Origin: Octopus sinensis
Lineage: Eukaryota
Length of the DNA stretch: 64,000 nucleotides
Assembly (NCBI RefSeq): GCF_006345805.1
Contig: NC_043014.1
Coordinates: 30,690,001-30,754,000 of the forward strand
Direction of reading: 5' to 3'
Made by a program: the position numbers and the translations under genes. How positions within the stretch are numbered: the first letter of the stretch is position 1; each line of letters opens with the position of its first letter. Below are positions 1 through 11,496 of this stretch, in pieces. The notes under the pieces are model-generated. The model did no database searches. It was given only the letters and a program-made list of their open reading frames with translations, and was not told where the DNA came from.

Positions 1-947
1 GGGGTGTGGTGAAAGTAAAGCAGGAAGGGTTTCTTAGTCAGCCATATGTTCACAGAATGAACTTTTACATCCAATGCTGCTTTCTAAAAGGTTGCTTCAT
101 ATGCTAGAAATAGTAGCAAAATCTCCCTCAAAATCACACCAAACTCTTGGGAAAATGCAGGAATGTATTAGATATTGTAGTCCTCGATTAGATACAAAAT
201 GCTCAAATGAAGGACAGGAAGCTGATCGGGGGCTGTGCAAGGACAACAATGACAAAAAAGTAGGATAGTATAAGCTGGTCAATCGACAAAGTTGTTGATG
301 TTGGATAGAATATTTTGTGGCATTTATTCCAAATCTCTGTATTCCGGGTTCAAATTTTATCAGGATCAACTTTACCTTTCATCCTTCAAGGATTGGTACA
401 AGCAAAATGCCAGTCCAGGACAATGGATTGGTAGAATTCTTAGACTGTCAGATGGGATGTCTTGTATTATCTTATTTATCTCAGTGCATTCAGAGTTCAA
501 ATTGCACTGTCACTGAAAAATGGTGACACTTTTAACAGGAATTGCAACCAGCAAATAGTATCAGCATTTTGAAAAGTCAATGGAAGTAGTTTCCTTGGTT
601 CAATCAGAAGACCAACTGTTACCACCAACATAATACATAGCTCAATAACTTACTTTTCATTTCTTTTAGTCTGACCATTTCTCCCCCCCCCTCCTCCCCA
701 AACTAACCCTGTCCCTCTCCCTATGTCTTCTATATGCCCCCGTCTTCGATAACCACCATCGCCATATATAAACCAGCGACCGCAAATCGCTAAGCCCACT
801 CGCTTTCAACTCCACTACGAATGCACAGCTCATGAACGGCTAAAAGTTAAGATTTCTTCTTTCAACCTCGCTTCCTACTACCCTCTGCACGTATAATCAC
901 TATTCCTTCAGTTCCTTCAATTTCTCTCTCATATTTTCCTTCAAATT

Positions 948-2039
948 GACTTCTCTGATACTTTCAAACCTACTTTCTTGCTATCACGATTTTTCAGTAC
1001 CCTCTATTCATATTTTCTTTCAGTTTTCAACATACCATTCATGTAATGTTTTTCGTTTAGCCTTGCTCGTCTCCCTATTTGCTCCCGTTTCATAGCCACT
1101 CATCGTCTCCCCTAAAAATTTGACTTCTCTGATACTTTCAAACCTACTTTCTTGCTATCACGATTTTTCAGTACCCTCTATTCATATTTTCTTTCAGTTT
1201 TCAACATACCATTCATGTAATGTTTTTCGTTTAGCCTTGTCTCGTCTCCCTATTTGCTCCCGTTTCATAGCCACTCATCGTCTCCCCTAAAAATTTGACT
1301 TCTCTGATACTTTCAAACCTACTTTCTTGCAATCACGATTTTTCAGTACCCTCTATTCATATTTTCTTTCAGTTTTCAACATACCATTCATGTAATGTTT
1401 TTCGTTTAGTCTTGTCTCGTCTCCCTATTTGCTCCCGTTTCATAGCCACTCATCGTCTCCCCTAAAAATTTGACTTCTCTGATACTTTCAAACCTACTTT
1501 CTTGCAATCACGATTTTTCAGTACCCTCTATTCATATTTTCTTTCAGTTTTCAACATACCATTCATGTAATGTTTTTCGTTTAGTCTTGTCTCGTCTCCC
1601 TATTTGCTCCCGTTTCATAGCCACTCATCGTCTCCCCTAAAAATTTGACTTCTCTGATACTTTCAAACCTACTTTCTTGCAATCACGATTTTTCAGTACC
1701 CTCTATTCATATTTTCTTTCAGTTTTCAACATACCATTCATGTAATGTTTTTCGTTTAGTCTTGTCTCGTCTCCCTATTTGCTCCCGTTTCATAGCCACT
1801 CATCGTCTCCCCTAAAAATTTGACTTCTCTGATACTTTCAACCTACTTTCTTGCAATCACGATTTTTCAGTACCCTCTATTCATATTTTCTTTCGGTTTT
1901 CAACATACCATTCAAGTAATGTTTTTCGTTTAGCCTTGTCTCGTCTCCCTATTTGCTCCCGTTTCATAGCCACTCATCGTCTCCCCTAAAAATTGACCTT
2001 CTCTGATACTTTCAAACCTACTTTCTTGCTATCACGATT
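948..2039. repeat. Tandem array of ~175-bp unit, 6 full copies plus a partial
   Basis: Unit starts (gacttctctgatactttc) at 948, 1122, 1297, 1472, 1647, 1822 and 1995. Copies are nearly identical. Confidence 0.97.
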
Positions 2040-5000
2040 AACAGAATCCTCTTGCTAGTTTGGGGTTGACCCGCCCACCCACCCCCTCCACACATGCCGG
2101 AAGTTCCTATTCTTTTCATCCCTGGGTTGCTTCCCTTGAAGACTGCAAATGCTCTTTCACCATCCCTACCCCTAGTTTCGACCTAGGTAAGGTAATGATC
2201 ATACAGTGCAAAATATGAATGGGTAGTGTTATGCAGGTTGAATTGAAGGCTACTGTATTACTTGCTCATGAATTCTGCCAAATGCGAGCTTTCTTTTCAG
2301 GTACATGAAGCTACTGTCCACCGACGCAGGGTCTCTAGGGCCCATACCTCCCACACCCTCAGGGTTGGCACACTGAAAGGTAGGTCTGGCGAGATAGTTG
2401 AGATGCTTGAACGGAGACGTGTGGATATATGTTGTATGCAAGAAGTAAGGTGGAGAGGAGGTTCTGCTAGGTTCCTCACAGGCAAGGAACACAGGTACAA
2501 GATTTTCTGGGCAGGGAACACTGACGGGGTTGGAGGCGTGGGTATACTTATCGCTGAGAAATGGGTAGATAAAGTAATTGAGGTAATCAGAGTATGCGAC
2601 AGAATACTTAAGATGAGATTAGCGCTTCATCATAGTTTAGCAACCATTATATCAGCCTATGCTCCTCAGTCGGGGCTACCTGATGGACAGAAAGACCGAT
2701 TCTATGACACTCTACTGCAGACTACCTCGTTGACGAACGACAGAGACCTTCTCTTTGTGGCTGGTGACTTCAATGGTCACGTTGGACGACATGCCGGGGG
2801 CTTCCACGGCGTACATGGAGGCTATGGCTCTGGTTCCCGCAACGAGGAGGGAACCAGGCTGCTGGAGTTCTGCGATGCAAATAATCTTATGATTTGCAAC
2901 ACTAACTTCAGGAAACCTACCAGCCACCTAGTCACTTACCGATCGGGCCAACATACCAGCCAAATTGACTACATCCTTGCCAGGCAAAGGGAGAGATGGC
3001 TACTTATAAATGCCAAAACCTTCCCAGGCGAAGAATGCACCCCACAACATAGACTGGTAGTTAGTGACTTTAGGATCAGGAGTAGGAGGACAACCAGAAG
3101 ACGACCAACATGGAGAAGAAGGATCTGGAAGCTTAAGGATCCTGTGAATGGACAGAGATTTAGAGACATGTTACTTGAAGCCTTTGACGAAGTAGAAGGG
3201 GATAGTGTATCACATGGGGTAGAGGACAACTGGACGTTTCTAAGGGACAACCTGCTGAGAGCCACTGACCAGATCTGTGGCTGGTGCAAAGTCCCCTCTC
3301 GTCCAAGGTAACGTGGTGGTGGAACAGTGTCGTAGACAGGGCTATTAGAGAAAAGAGACAGACTTGGAAGCACTGGAAGAATGGTGGTAGCAGGGAATTG
3401 TATCAGACTGCTAAAAGGGAAGCTAGGAGACAGGTCTATCTAGCCAGAGGGGAAGCAGATAAGAAAAAATTTGCCAATATTCTGCGCCGTGAGGACCAAA
3501 GACTGGAGGTGTTTCGCGTTGCAAGACAGTGTGTGAGAGAGAATTGTGATGTGGTGGGAGAGAAGTGTGTTCGCATGGAAGATGGTTCACTTGCGCTAAA
3601 CGAGGATGCAAAGAGAGAGGCTTGGAGACGCCACTATGAAAGGTTGCTGAATAAAGAAAATGAATGGGATAAAGAGAGTCTGCCGAACGTTGACCCAACA
3701 GAGGGACCAGCTATCAGGGTTGATAGTTCCTTAGTAGCTAAGGCAATTAGAAGCATGAAGACAGGGAAAGCCCCAGGCCCATCAGGTATCACTGCAGAGA
3801 TGCTCAAAATATCTGGTAGTGTCGGCTATAGCCTAGTCACCTGTATAGTTAATCAGGTGATACATGAAGGAGTCATACCCAATGACTGGTGTAGCAGCAT
3901 AATAGTCAACTGCTACAAAGGTAAAGGTGATGCCCTAGATACAAATAATTACAGAGGTATCAAGCTGTTGGATCAGGTGATGAAGGTTACAGAGAGGGTC
4001 ATAAGCCAACTAATTAGAGAGAGAGTTAGTTTAGATGAGATGCAGTTTGGTTTCGTGCCAGGGAAAAGTACCACTGATGCTATATTCCTGGTAAGGCAGC
4101 TGCAGGAGAAATACCTAGCCAAAGATAAGGCCCTGTACCTGGCTTTTGTTGACATGGAGAAAGCCTTCGACAGGGTCCCCCGATCCCTCATATGGTGGTC
4201 AATGAGGAAACTAGGAATAGAAGAATGGTTAGTGAGAGCTGTGCAAGCCATGTACAGGGACGCTGCTAGTAAGGTGAGGGTTGGAAATGAGTACAGTGAA
4301 GAATTCCGGGTAGAGGTAGGGGTCCACCAAGGCTCAGTCCTCAGCCCCCTCCTATTTATCATAATCCTCCAGGCAATAACAGAGGAATTCAAGACAGGAT
4401 GCCCCTGGGAGCTCCTCTATGCTGATGACCTTGCTCTAATTGCTGAGTCATTATCAGAACTGGAGAAGAAGTTTCAGGTGTGGAAGCATGGTTTAGAATC
4501 GAAGGGCCTTAGAGTCAACCTAGCTAAAACCAAAGTCCTAATAAGTAGGAAGGTAGACAAATCACAAACGCCTTCAGGTAGATGGCCCTGCTCGATCTGT
4601 AGAAAAGGTGTAGGTAGAAACTCTATAAGATGCACCAAGTGTAAGCTATGGACACATAAGAGGTGCAGCAATGTCATAGGAGGCTAACTAGGAAGATGGT
4701 TTTTGTATGTGGCAGATGCTCGGGAGCATTAACCTCTGAAAATCTGCAGAAAACAACTTCCGTCACTTTCCAGGGGGAAAAACTAGAAGTAGTTGATAGC
4801 TTCCGTTATCTTGGTGACCAAGTCAGTAGTGGGGGTGGGTGTGCTGAAAGTGTAACGGCTAGAGTAAGAATAGCCTGGGCAAAGTTTAGGGAGCTCTTAC
4901 CTCTGTTGGTGACTAAAGGCCTCTCGCTCAGAGTAAAAGGCAGACTGTATGATGCATGTGTACGAACAGCCATGCTACATGGCAGTGAAACATGGGCCGT

Positions 5001-5650
5001 GACTGCTGAGGACATGCGTAAGCTCGCGAGAAATGAAGCTAGTATGCTCCGTTGGATGTGTAATGTCAGTGTTCATAGTCGACAGAGTGTAAGTACCTTG
5101 AGAGAAAAGTTGGACCTAAGAGGAATCAGATGTTGTGTGCAAGAGAGACGATTGCGCTGGTATGGTCATGTGGTGAGAATGGATGAAGATAGGTGTGTGA
5201 AAAAGTGCCACACCCTGGCAGTTGAGGGGACCTGTGGTAGAGGTAGACCCAGAAAACCTGGGTCGAGGTGGTGAAGCACGACCTTCGAACTCTAGGTCTC
5301 ACCAAGGAAATGACCAGAGACCGAGACCTATGGAAGTATGCTGTGCGTGAGAAGACCCGGCAAGACCAGTGAGAACAATCAAAATCAAATCATATATCAG
5401 AAAGCAGGGGTTAAGTGACCCATCCGTTCGTGTCCGCTGTCAGCCTCGTCTGGCACCCGTGCCGGTGATACGTAAAAGCACCATTCGCTCATGGCCGTTT
5501 GCCAGCTCTGCCTGGCCCCATGTCGGTGGCACGTAAAAGCACCATCTGTTCGTGTTCGTTGCCAGCCTCGCCTGGCCCCGTGCCGGTGACACGTAAAAGC
5601 ACCGTCCGTTCGTGGCCGTTTGCCAGCTCTGATGATGATGATGATGATGA
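2040..5650 (+). mobile_element. Near-full-length RTE-clade non-LTR retrotransposon, antisense to CHK1 and probably intronic
   Basis: APE motifs (CMQEVRW, AYAPQ, GDFNGHVG, SQIDYIL, QHRLVV) and RT motifs (NYRGIKLL, QFGF, DMEKAFD, GVHQGSVLSPLLF, YADD) plus a C4HC3 finger. 3' UTR has ~60-bp subrepeats and a (GAT)n tail at 5631-5650. 5' boundary uncertain; no TSD found. Confidence 0.95.
2268..5372 (+). pseudogene. RTE APE-RT-PHD ORF split by three single-base deletions (~3307, ~4681, ~5255)
   Basis: ORF track pieces 2262..3311, 3284..4687 and 4663..5274 join. The repaired C-terminus reads RKTWVEVVKHDLRTLGLTKEMTRDRDLWKYAVREKTRQDQ* (TGA 5370-5372). Confidence 0.9.
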
Positions 5651-6855
5651 CTGGAATATGGCCATACAGGGACACTGCCCTGAAAGGTTTTGGTTGAATT
5701 CACCCCTGCCAGTACCTTTTTTTTAAAGTCTGTTACTTATATTGTTAGTCACTGATGCTGATATGCTTGGTTACAGTGATGTAACCAAACCAACACTGGT
5801 TGTCAAGTGGTGGCAGGGAACACTGACATATATGTGTGTATGTCTCTCCCTGTGTCCAGGATTCTTGCAGTTCAATAGATTGGGAGTTTATTAAGCTCAT
5901 TTGAAAACAGGTGGGGGTTAGCAACAAGAATAGCTTCCAACAATAAAAAAGTGTCCCACTACACCCTCATCTGACCTCTGCAAGCACAGAAAAGTAAATT
6001 TTAAAACAATGATGATGTACATATGATTGTGTGTGTGCGTGCGTGCATGTGTTTGTGTTTCGTTGTCTTCCAAGAGGTGTCCCTTGTTTCAAATCTTCCA
6101 CGAAAACATTCCAGCCATGGGGAAATATCTTGCTACAAAATAAATTAGGGTTGGTGAGAGAAAGACATTTAGTTACAGAATGTCTGCCATAACAAATTCT
6201 ATCAGACCTATGCAAGCACAGAAAAGTGGACATAAAAATGACAATGATGATGATGATGATGGTGCATAAAAAAACAGAAGCTACGACAGCATTCACTCAC
6301 AAGTGAATATGATCTGCTATTATGGACTATACTTTCATTGTTTTAGATGCCTATGTAATCACAATGAGGCATAGACACTCTCTTGGCCTTTCCAGTCTTG
6401 TCCCTGCCACAGAAGATTGAGGATGTGACAGTCAGAAGGAGAAAGGGCTGCACCAATATTACTCTAGTTTACTCATTTCAGGTGAGTAAATTAGAATAAT
6501 ATAAAATAAAAGGGTTTACTTAAGGACACAACACACCTCCTGATCCAGAGGTTTGAACCTCTGACTTAATGATTGTGAGTTCAACAGTGTAACCACTGGG
6601 ACATATATCTATACACACTCACACATACATACATACACTGCTATAGTAATAATGCACATTCCTCTGTGAGAAACTCAAACAAGGTTTGACCAACAAAAAG
6701 AGAGTGGAGGTGCAAAAGAAATTAAATGTGAAGTAAATTAGATATATAAAACCCCAACTTCTAAAAGATTGTGTTTGCAGTCGTCAATAGAAAGAGTGTG
6801 ACATGTTACTACAGCAACATGTAAACACTGTGCTGTGCTATGTGAATCATCATCA

Positions 6856-7650
6856 TCATCATCATCGTTTAACATCAGCTTTCCATGCTAGCATGGGTTG
6901 GATGATTTGACTGAGGGATGGCGAACCAGATGGCTGCACCAGGCTTCAATCTTGATCTGGCAGAGTTTCTACAGCTGAATGTCCTTCCTAATGCCAACCA
7001 CTCCAAGAGTTAGTGGGTGCTTTTACGTGCCACCGGGACGGGGGCCAGTCAGGCGATACTGGCAACGACCTCGCTCGAATCTTTTTGCACAGGTGCCAGT
7101 AAGGCAATGCTGGTAACAATCACACTCGAATGGTGCCTTTTACATGCCACCGGCATGGAAGTCAGTTCGCCGCTCTGGCAACGACCATGCTCGGATGTTG
7201 CTCTTAGCACCCTAATAGCACGTGACACTGGTAACGATTACTCGAATGGTGTCTTTTATGTGCCACTGGCACGGAAGCCAGTTAACAGCTCTGTCAACAA
7301 TCACACTTGTATGGTGCTCTTTGCACCCTGCTAGCAAGGATGCCAGTCATCGAATTTGATTTTGATTTCACTTGCCTCAACAGGTCTTCCTTAGCAGAGT
7401 ATAGTGTCCAAAGAAGGAAAAGGTACGCACAAGTGGGCTGATTACGCCCCTGGTATAGGCCACAAGGTTATGCTCTCATTTGGCTTGCCGGGTCTTCTCA
7501 AGCACAGCATATTTCCAAAGGACTCGGTTACTAATCATTTCCTTGGTGAGGCCTAAAGTTCAAAGGTCGTGCTTCACCACTTCATCCCAGGTCTTCCTGG
7601 GTCTACCTCTTCCACAGGTTCTCTCAACCGCTAGGGTGTGGCACTTTTTC
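6856..7650 (-). mobile_element. 5'-truncated RTE copy: ORF C-terminus + 3' UTR + (GAT)n tail
   Basis: The reverse complement encodes ...GRPRKTWDEVVKHD...EKTRQAK* and continues without a break into the subrepeat region and the CCATGCTAGCATGG...GATGAT terminus. Confidence 0.9.
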
Positions 7651-8091
7651 ACAATGCTGCGTGTCCTTCTTATCACATGTGGCTCTGTGAATGTGACAGG
7701 CACTGTGAACATGATACTCTGGCACTCTGAAAGCTTTATGAAAATGCAATATTTACATGAATAGTATGCTCTGCAAATGCATATGTCAACACTTTGTCAC
7801 TGAATGCCTAAAGAAGACTAGACCATGCCAACATTGAGCCACCCAGTTACTCTGCCTTTGGCATCCAGATTATTCTGTCAAATGTAATGAAATTGTTTTG
7901 AATTAATCATGCATTACATTGTGGCTTTTAAATTTCAATGATGTAATTAATTTTAGAATGACATTGTAGAGTAAGCATGTGAAGCCAGATCTGGCAAGTT
8001 GAACATAAAACGGGTACAATATTTAGGCCTCATATGGCCAGTTTAAATGCTATTGTTGAAGAAATACAACACAAGAAGAATGAAAACTTAC

Positions 8092-8196
8092 ACAAAGCCA
8101 TATTTTCAATTTTGTTCCACGGGGAAGATAAACTACAGCACTTGACCCAGTCCGAGTATTCACAGCATTCATTTGATGGCTCATCCCATGGCAATT
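8092..8196 (-). CDS. CHEK1: CHK1 coding exon 7 (ELPWDEPSNECCEYSDWVKCCSLSSPWNKIENMAL); later exons not found in window
   Basis: ELPWD..EYSDW..PW.KI matches CHK1. gacag acceptor and GTAAGT donor. 105 nt. Confidence 0.95.
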
Positions 8197-9992
8197 CTGT
8201 CAATGAAGCAAAACCTCTCAATCAACATAACTATCATTATTTTGTATAGAAATCATGTGATTCTTTTGTGGTATTACATCCATTTTTCCAGGCTAGTTTA
8301 GATAGGAGGGTTGATTATTTTTGTTACAGCAACTGTTTTTAAAGCTGAATAACTTTCCCACAGTTAAACACTCAAGCATGCAGTACAGAACCTTGCTTTT
8401 CTTTAATTTCAAAACAATCTTATCTTTCTATGCCAATGAATGTACAATTCTGTATATTTTCTTAGTCATTTCAGAAAGTACAATAAGGTGTTATCTCCTT
8501 AGGGAGAGTCAGATTTTTAAAAAAATAAGACATGTTAGGGTTGTCTCCTATATTTGCTGAGAAAAATGATAACAGTAACTCTTATTGTAGGAACAAAGGC
8601 AAAGATTTGAGGGAGAGTGTAGTCAATTGCATCAACATCAGTATTTGATTGGTACTTTATTTTATCAATCTCAGAAGAAACAAAGGCAAAGCTGATCCTG
8701 CAAGATTTGAACTCAGAATGGACGGAACACATCTTAACATTACAAGACATTTTTCTTCAAAGCTCTAACAATTCTGCCAATTTTAGTAATAATGTTCACT
8801 AGCTTTTATTATTTATTCTTTTTCCTTGCTGATATTTATTTCTAATTATGATTTAATGTTTTATGAATTAAATATGTTAACACTTATCTACCAACTGTAT
8901 TGCTCAGACAAGCTGGAGTAAAGTTACATGAATAAAACAATGCTTCCTCTCCAGATAAGGTTTAAACTTCTGACCAAGTATTGCTTTGTGACTAAGAAAT
9001 TCACGTTGCAATATTCAAAGAACTTTGAGTGTCTTCTACCACATACTTTACAGAAGCCAGTTTCGTTTTAGCAATTGTTACTCATTAAGTTTGCCATATC
9101 ATAAGAGGCAACTAAAATGTCATCCAGTCATAACACAATGCTTCAAAAAAAAAAAGAGCTATGATGAGTATGACTGTTATAAAGCTTGCAAATGTTGATC
9201 ACGTGTTTTGCTCGTAGTGAATTTACCTTCGGAAGGGAGAGAATCTCTTCTAGGTTATATTCTATAACACTGAAGAATATGTATATTTAATTCATAGTTC
9301 TGGTATGCAAGGGTGACTGCTGGTCTTCCATACACAACCTTGCCCAAACTTGTACCTCAGAAGGGGAACTTTCTAGGTGCAATCTCATGGTCATTTATGA
9401 CCGAAGGGTGTCTTTTAAATTTCTGTGAGGTTAAGGTGGTAGGTTAATGACTATATAGTCAAGAGTTCAGATCTTTCTGGTGTCTATGTTGTGCTTTTGG
9501 GGAAGGAACATATCACATATCTCTGCTTGACTGTCTGAGCATCAGCAATAAACAGTTGTAGAAAGAATATTACACAGTTATAAAACAATTCTCCAAGTCA
9601 ACAAAGGAGTTTTCATGTGGTGGCAAAACTTGCGTTAGCAATTAAATTATATACAGTTATCACTCTACCATATGAAATCATTGGTATGCCAGAACAGTAC
9701 TAAACAAGAGCTAGGTAAAGAAGGTTGCTTGACTAGCTAGAAATAATAGACAAGCCAAATTTCTGTCTTAAAAAAGGACATATTGGTTAATGTAGTTCTA
9801 CATATATGTTTGTAATGAAGACAAAATGGTCTTAGCCAGAACATTTTTGATCATAGCTTTGCTGGATCAGAACAGACAAGGAGATAATCAACATAACTAT
9901 TTCAACAACAAATAGAAAAGTGGATATTAAAACAGTATTAAGAAACAAAAAAAAAAAACCAAGAGTTCAACAGGATTGGATTAAACACTTAC

Positions 9993-10181
9993 CTCCAGCC
10001 AACATTGCTACCAAGATAATACCACAAGACCAAATATCTGCTGGTTGAGCTGAATAAGGACGACGTCTGATAACTTCAGGAGCAACATATGGAAGTGTCC
10101 CACAACATTTTTCCATTTCTCTCTCCTCTCCCTGATAACGGAAAACAGTAGCAAAACCGAAATCGGAGATTTTCAAGGTAT
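9993..10181 (-). CDS. CHEK1: CHK1 coding exon 6 ([63 protein letters not shown])
   Basis: [12 protein letters not shown] and DIWSCG motifs (ORF track 9967..10209). Canonical AG/GT. 189 nt. Confidence 0.97.
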
Positions 10182-10735
10182 CTAAAATGAATTGAAAGAA
10201 AACAAACATATTTAAAATGTAATGTAGATACCATAAAAAAAAATTATGAATAATAGATATTTACATTCCTTAATATTTTCACTAATTTCAAGGCAGCAAG
10301 TTGGCATAATTGTTAGCATGCCAGGCAAAATGCCTAGCATTCATCTTTACGGTTTGAGCTCAAATTCCACTGACGTTCACTTTGCCTTTCATCCTTTCAG
10401 AGTCAATAAAATAAGTACCTGTTGAGCACTGGGGTTCAATGTAATTAACTTAGCCCCTCCCTCGAAATTACTGGACTTGTGCCAAAATTTGAAACCAATA
10501 AGTTTTGGAGATCTTGTGAGTGCATATGGTAGAAAAAAAAAACTGAAAGAAGCCTGTCATATATATTAGTAGTGATAATTATAATTATATTAGTAACTGT
10601 GATTTTGATAAGGATAATGGAAGCAGAGATGACAAAGATTATTATGAAGACAATGAGAACAAAAGCAAATTTAAAACAAATGAAATGTACAAACACATAA
10701 TCTGGTAAACAATATCATTTAGTATATTTTTTTAC

Positions 10736-10805
10736 CATTTTCGTCTAGAAGAAGATTCTCTGGTTTTAAATCCCGATGTGCCACACCTCTAGAATGTAAA
10801 TATTC
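10736..10805 (-). CDS. CHEK1: CHK1 coding exon 5 (EYLHSRGVAHRDLKPENLLLDEN)
   Basis: Catalytic loop HRDLKPEN. tgtag acceptor and GTAAAA donor. 70 nt. Confidence 0.96.
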
Positions 10806-11431
10806 CTACAATAAAAGACAACATAAAACAAAAAAAAATTTTTTTAAACTAAGCAAAATGAGAAAACAATGTGAGAAAACAAAAAATGAAAAAATATTTG
10901 CTGTCACAGAAATTAGAAGTTTGAAAAAATATCTTTTTAAAATATTTCTCATTTTTTTTATAGCATGTGAAAATATACAAAGACTAAAAGCTGACACCAT
11001 GAAACCAATGGTAGCCAACAAAATAAATCAACTTGTATTCTAATGAAAATAAAATTCATTACATCTGTGTACTGGGTACTATACAAATTCTTGTATATTT
11101 TTTATATTATTCATCAAGCATAAGTGTGAGTATGTGCATGTGCGTGTATGTGTTTGTACATGTGTGTGTGTGGTATATGTGAAGAAGCAGTAGTAGTAGT
11201 CTTTATATAGAATTCAGGATACAGAAATGGCTGCTTTAGGTTTCTTAAAGTTATCGTTTCTCTTTCCTCATTACTATATAAAAACTCTAGCTTTCTGAAC
11301 AGAGTTCATTTTAATTGTAATTGCCAAGACAACAAGTCGCCTCATTTGTCAGCAATTGACATAAACCACCTAACACATCTCAGCAATACCAAGAAAAAGG
11401 AAAAGAAAGAAAGGAAAATAAAATACTTTAC

Positions 11432-11496
11432 CAGTCCTTCAATTAACTGTCGGAAATAATACTGAGCAAGTTGTGGAGACATACCGACATCAGGCT
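11432..11496 (-). CDS. CHEK1: CHK1 coding exon 4 (EPDVGMSPQLAQYYFRQLIEGL)
   Basis: tttcag acceptor and GTAAAG donor. The EPDxGM motif is diagnostic of CHK1. 65 nt. Confidence 0.95.

Noticed and set aside
600-950. HDV-like ribozyme or TSD at the RTE 5' boundary
   Set aside because: Could not construct the nested pseudoknot, or find a match to the sequence after the 3' tail, by eye.
948-2039. CRISPR-like or protein-coding interpretation of the tandem array
   Set aside because: There are no unique spacers, the context is eukaryotic, and the unit length is not a multiple of 3 with stops present.
7650-7815. Possible next CHK1 exon downstream of 8092
   Set aside because: The candidate acceptor gives an immediate stop and no LL.KIL..NP..R.TI similarity. 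The next exon probably lies outside the window.
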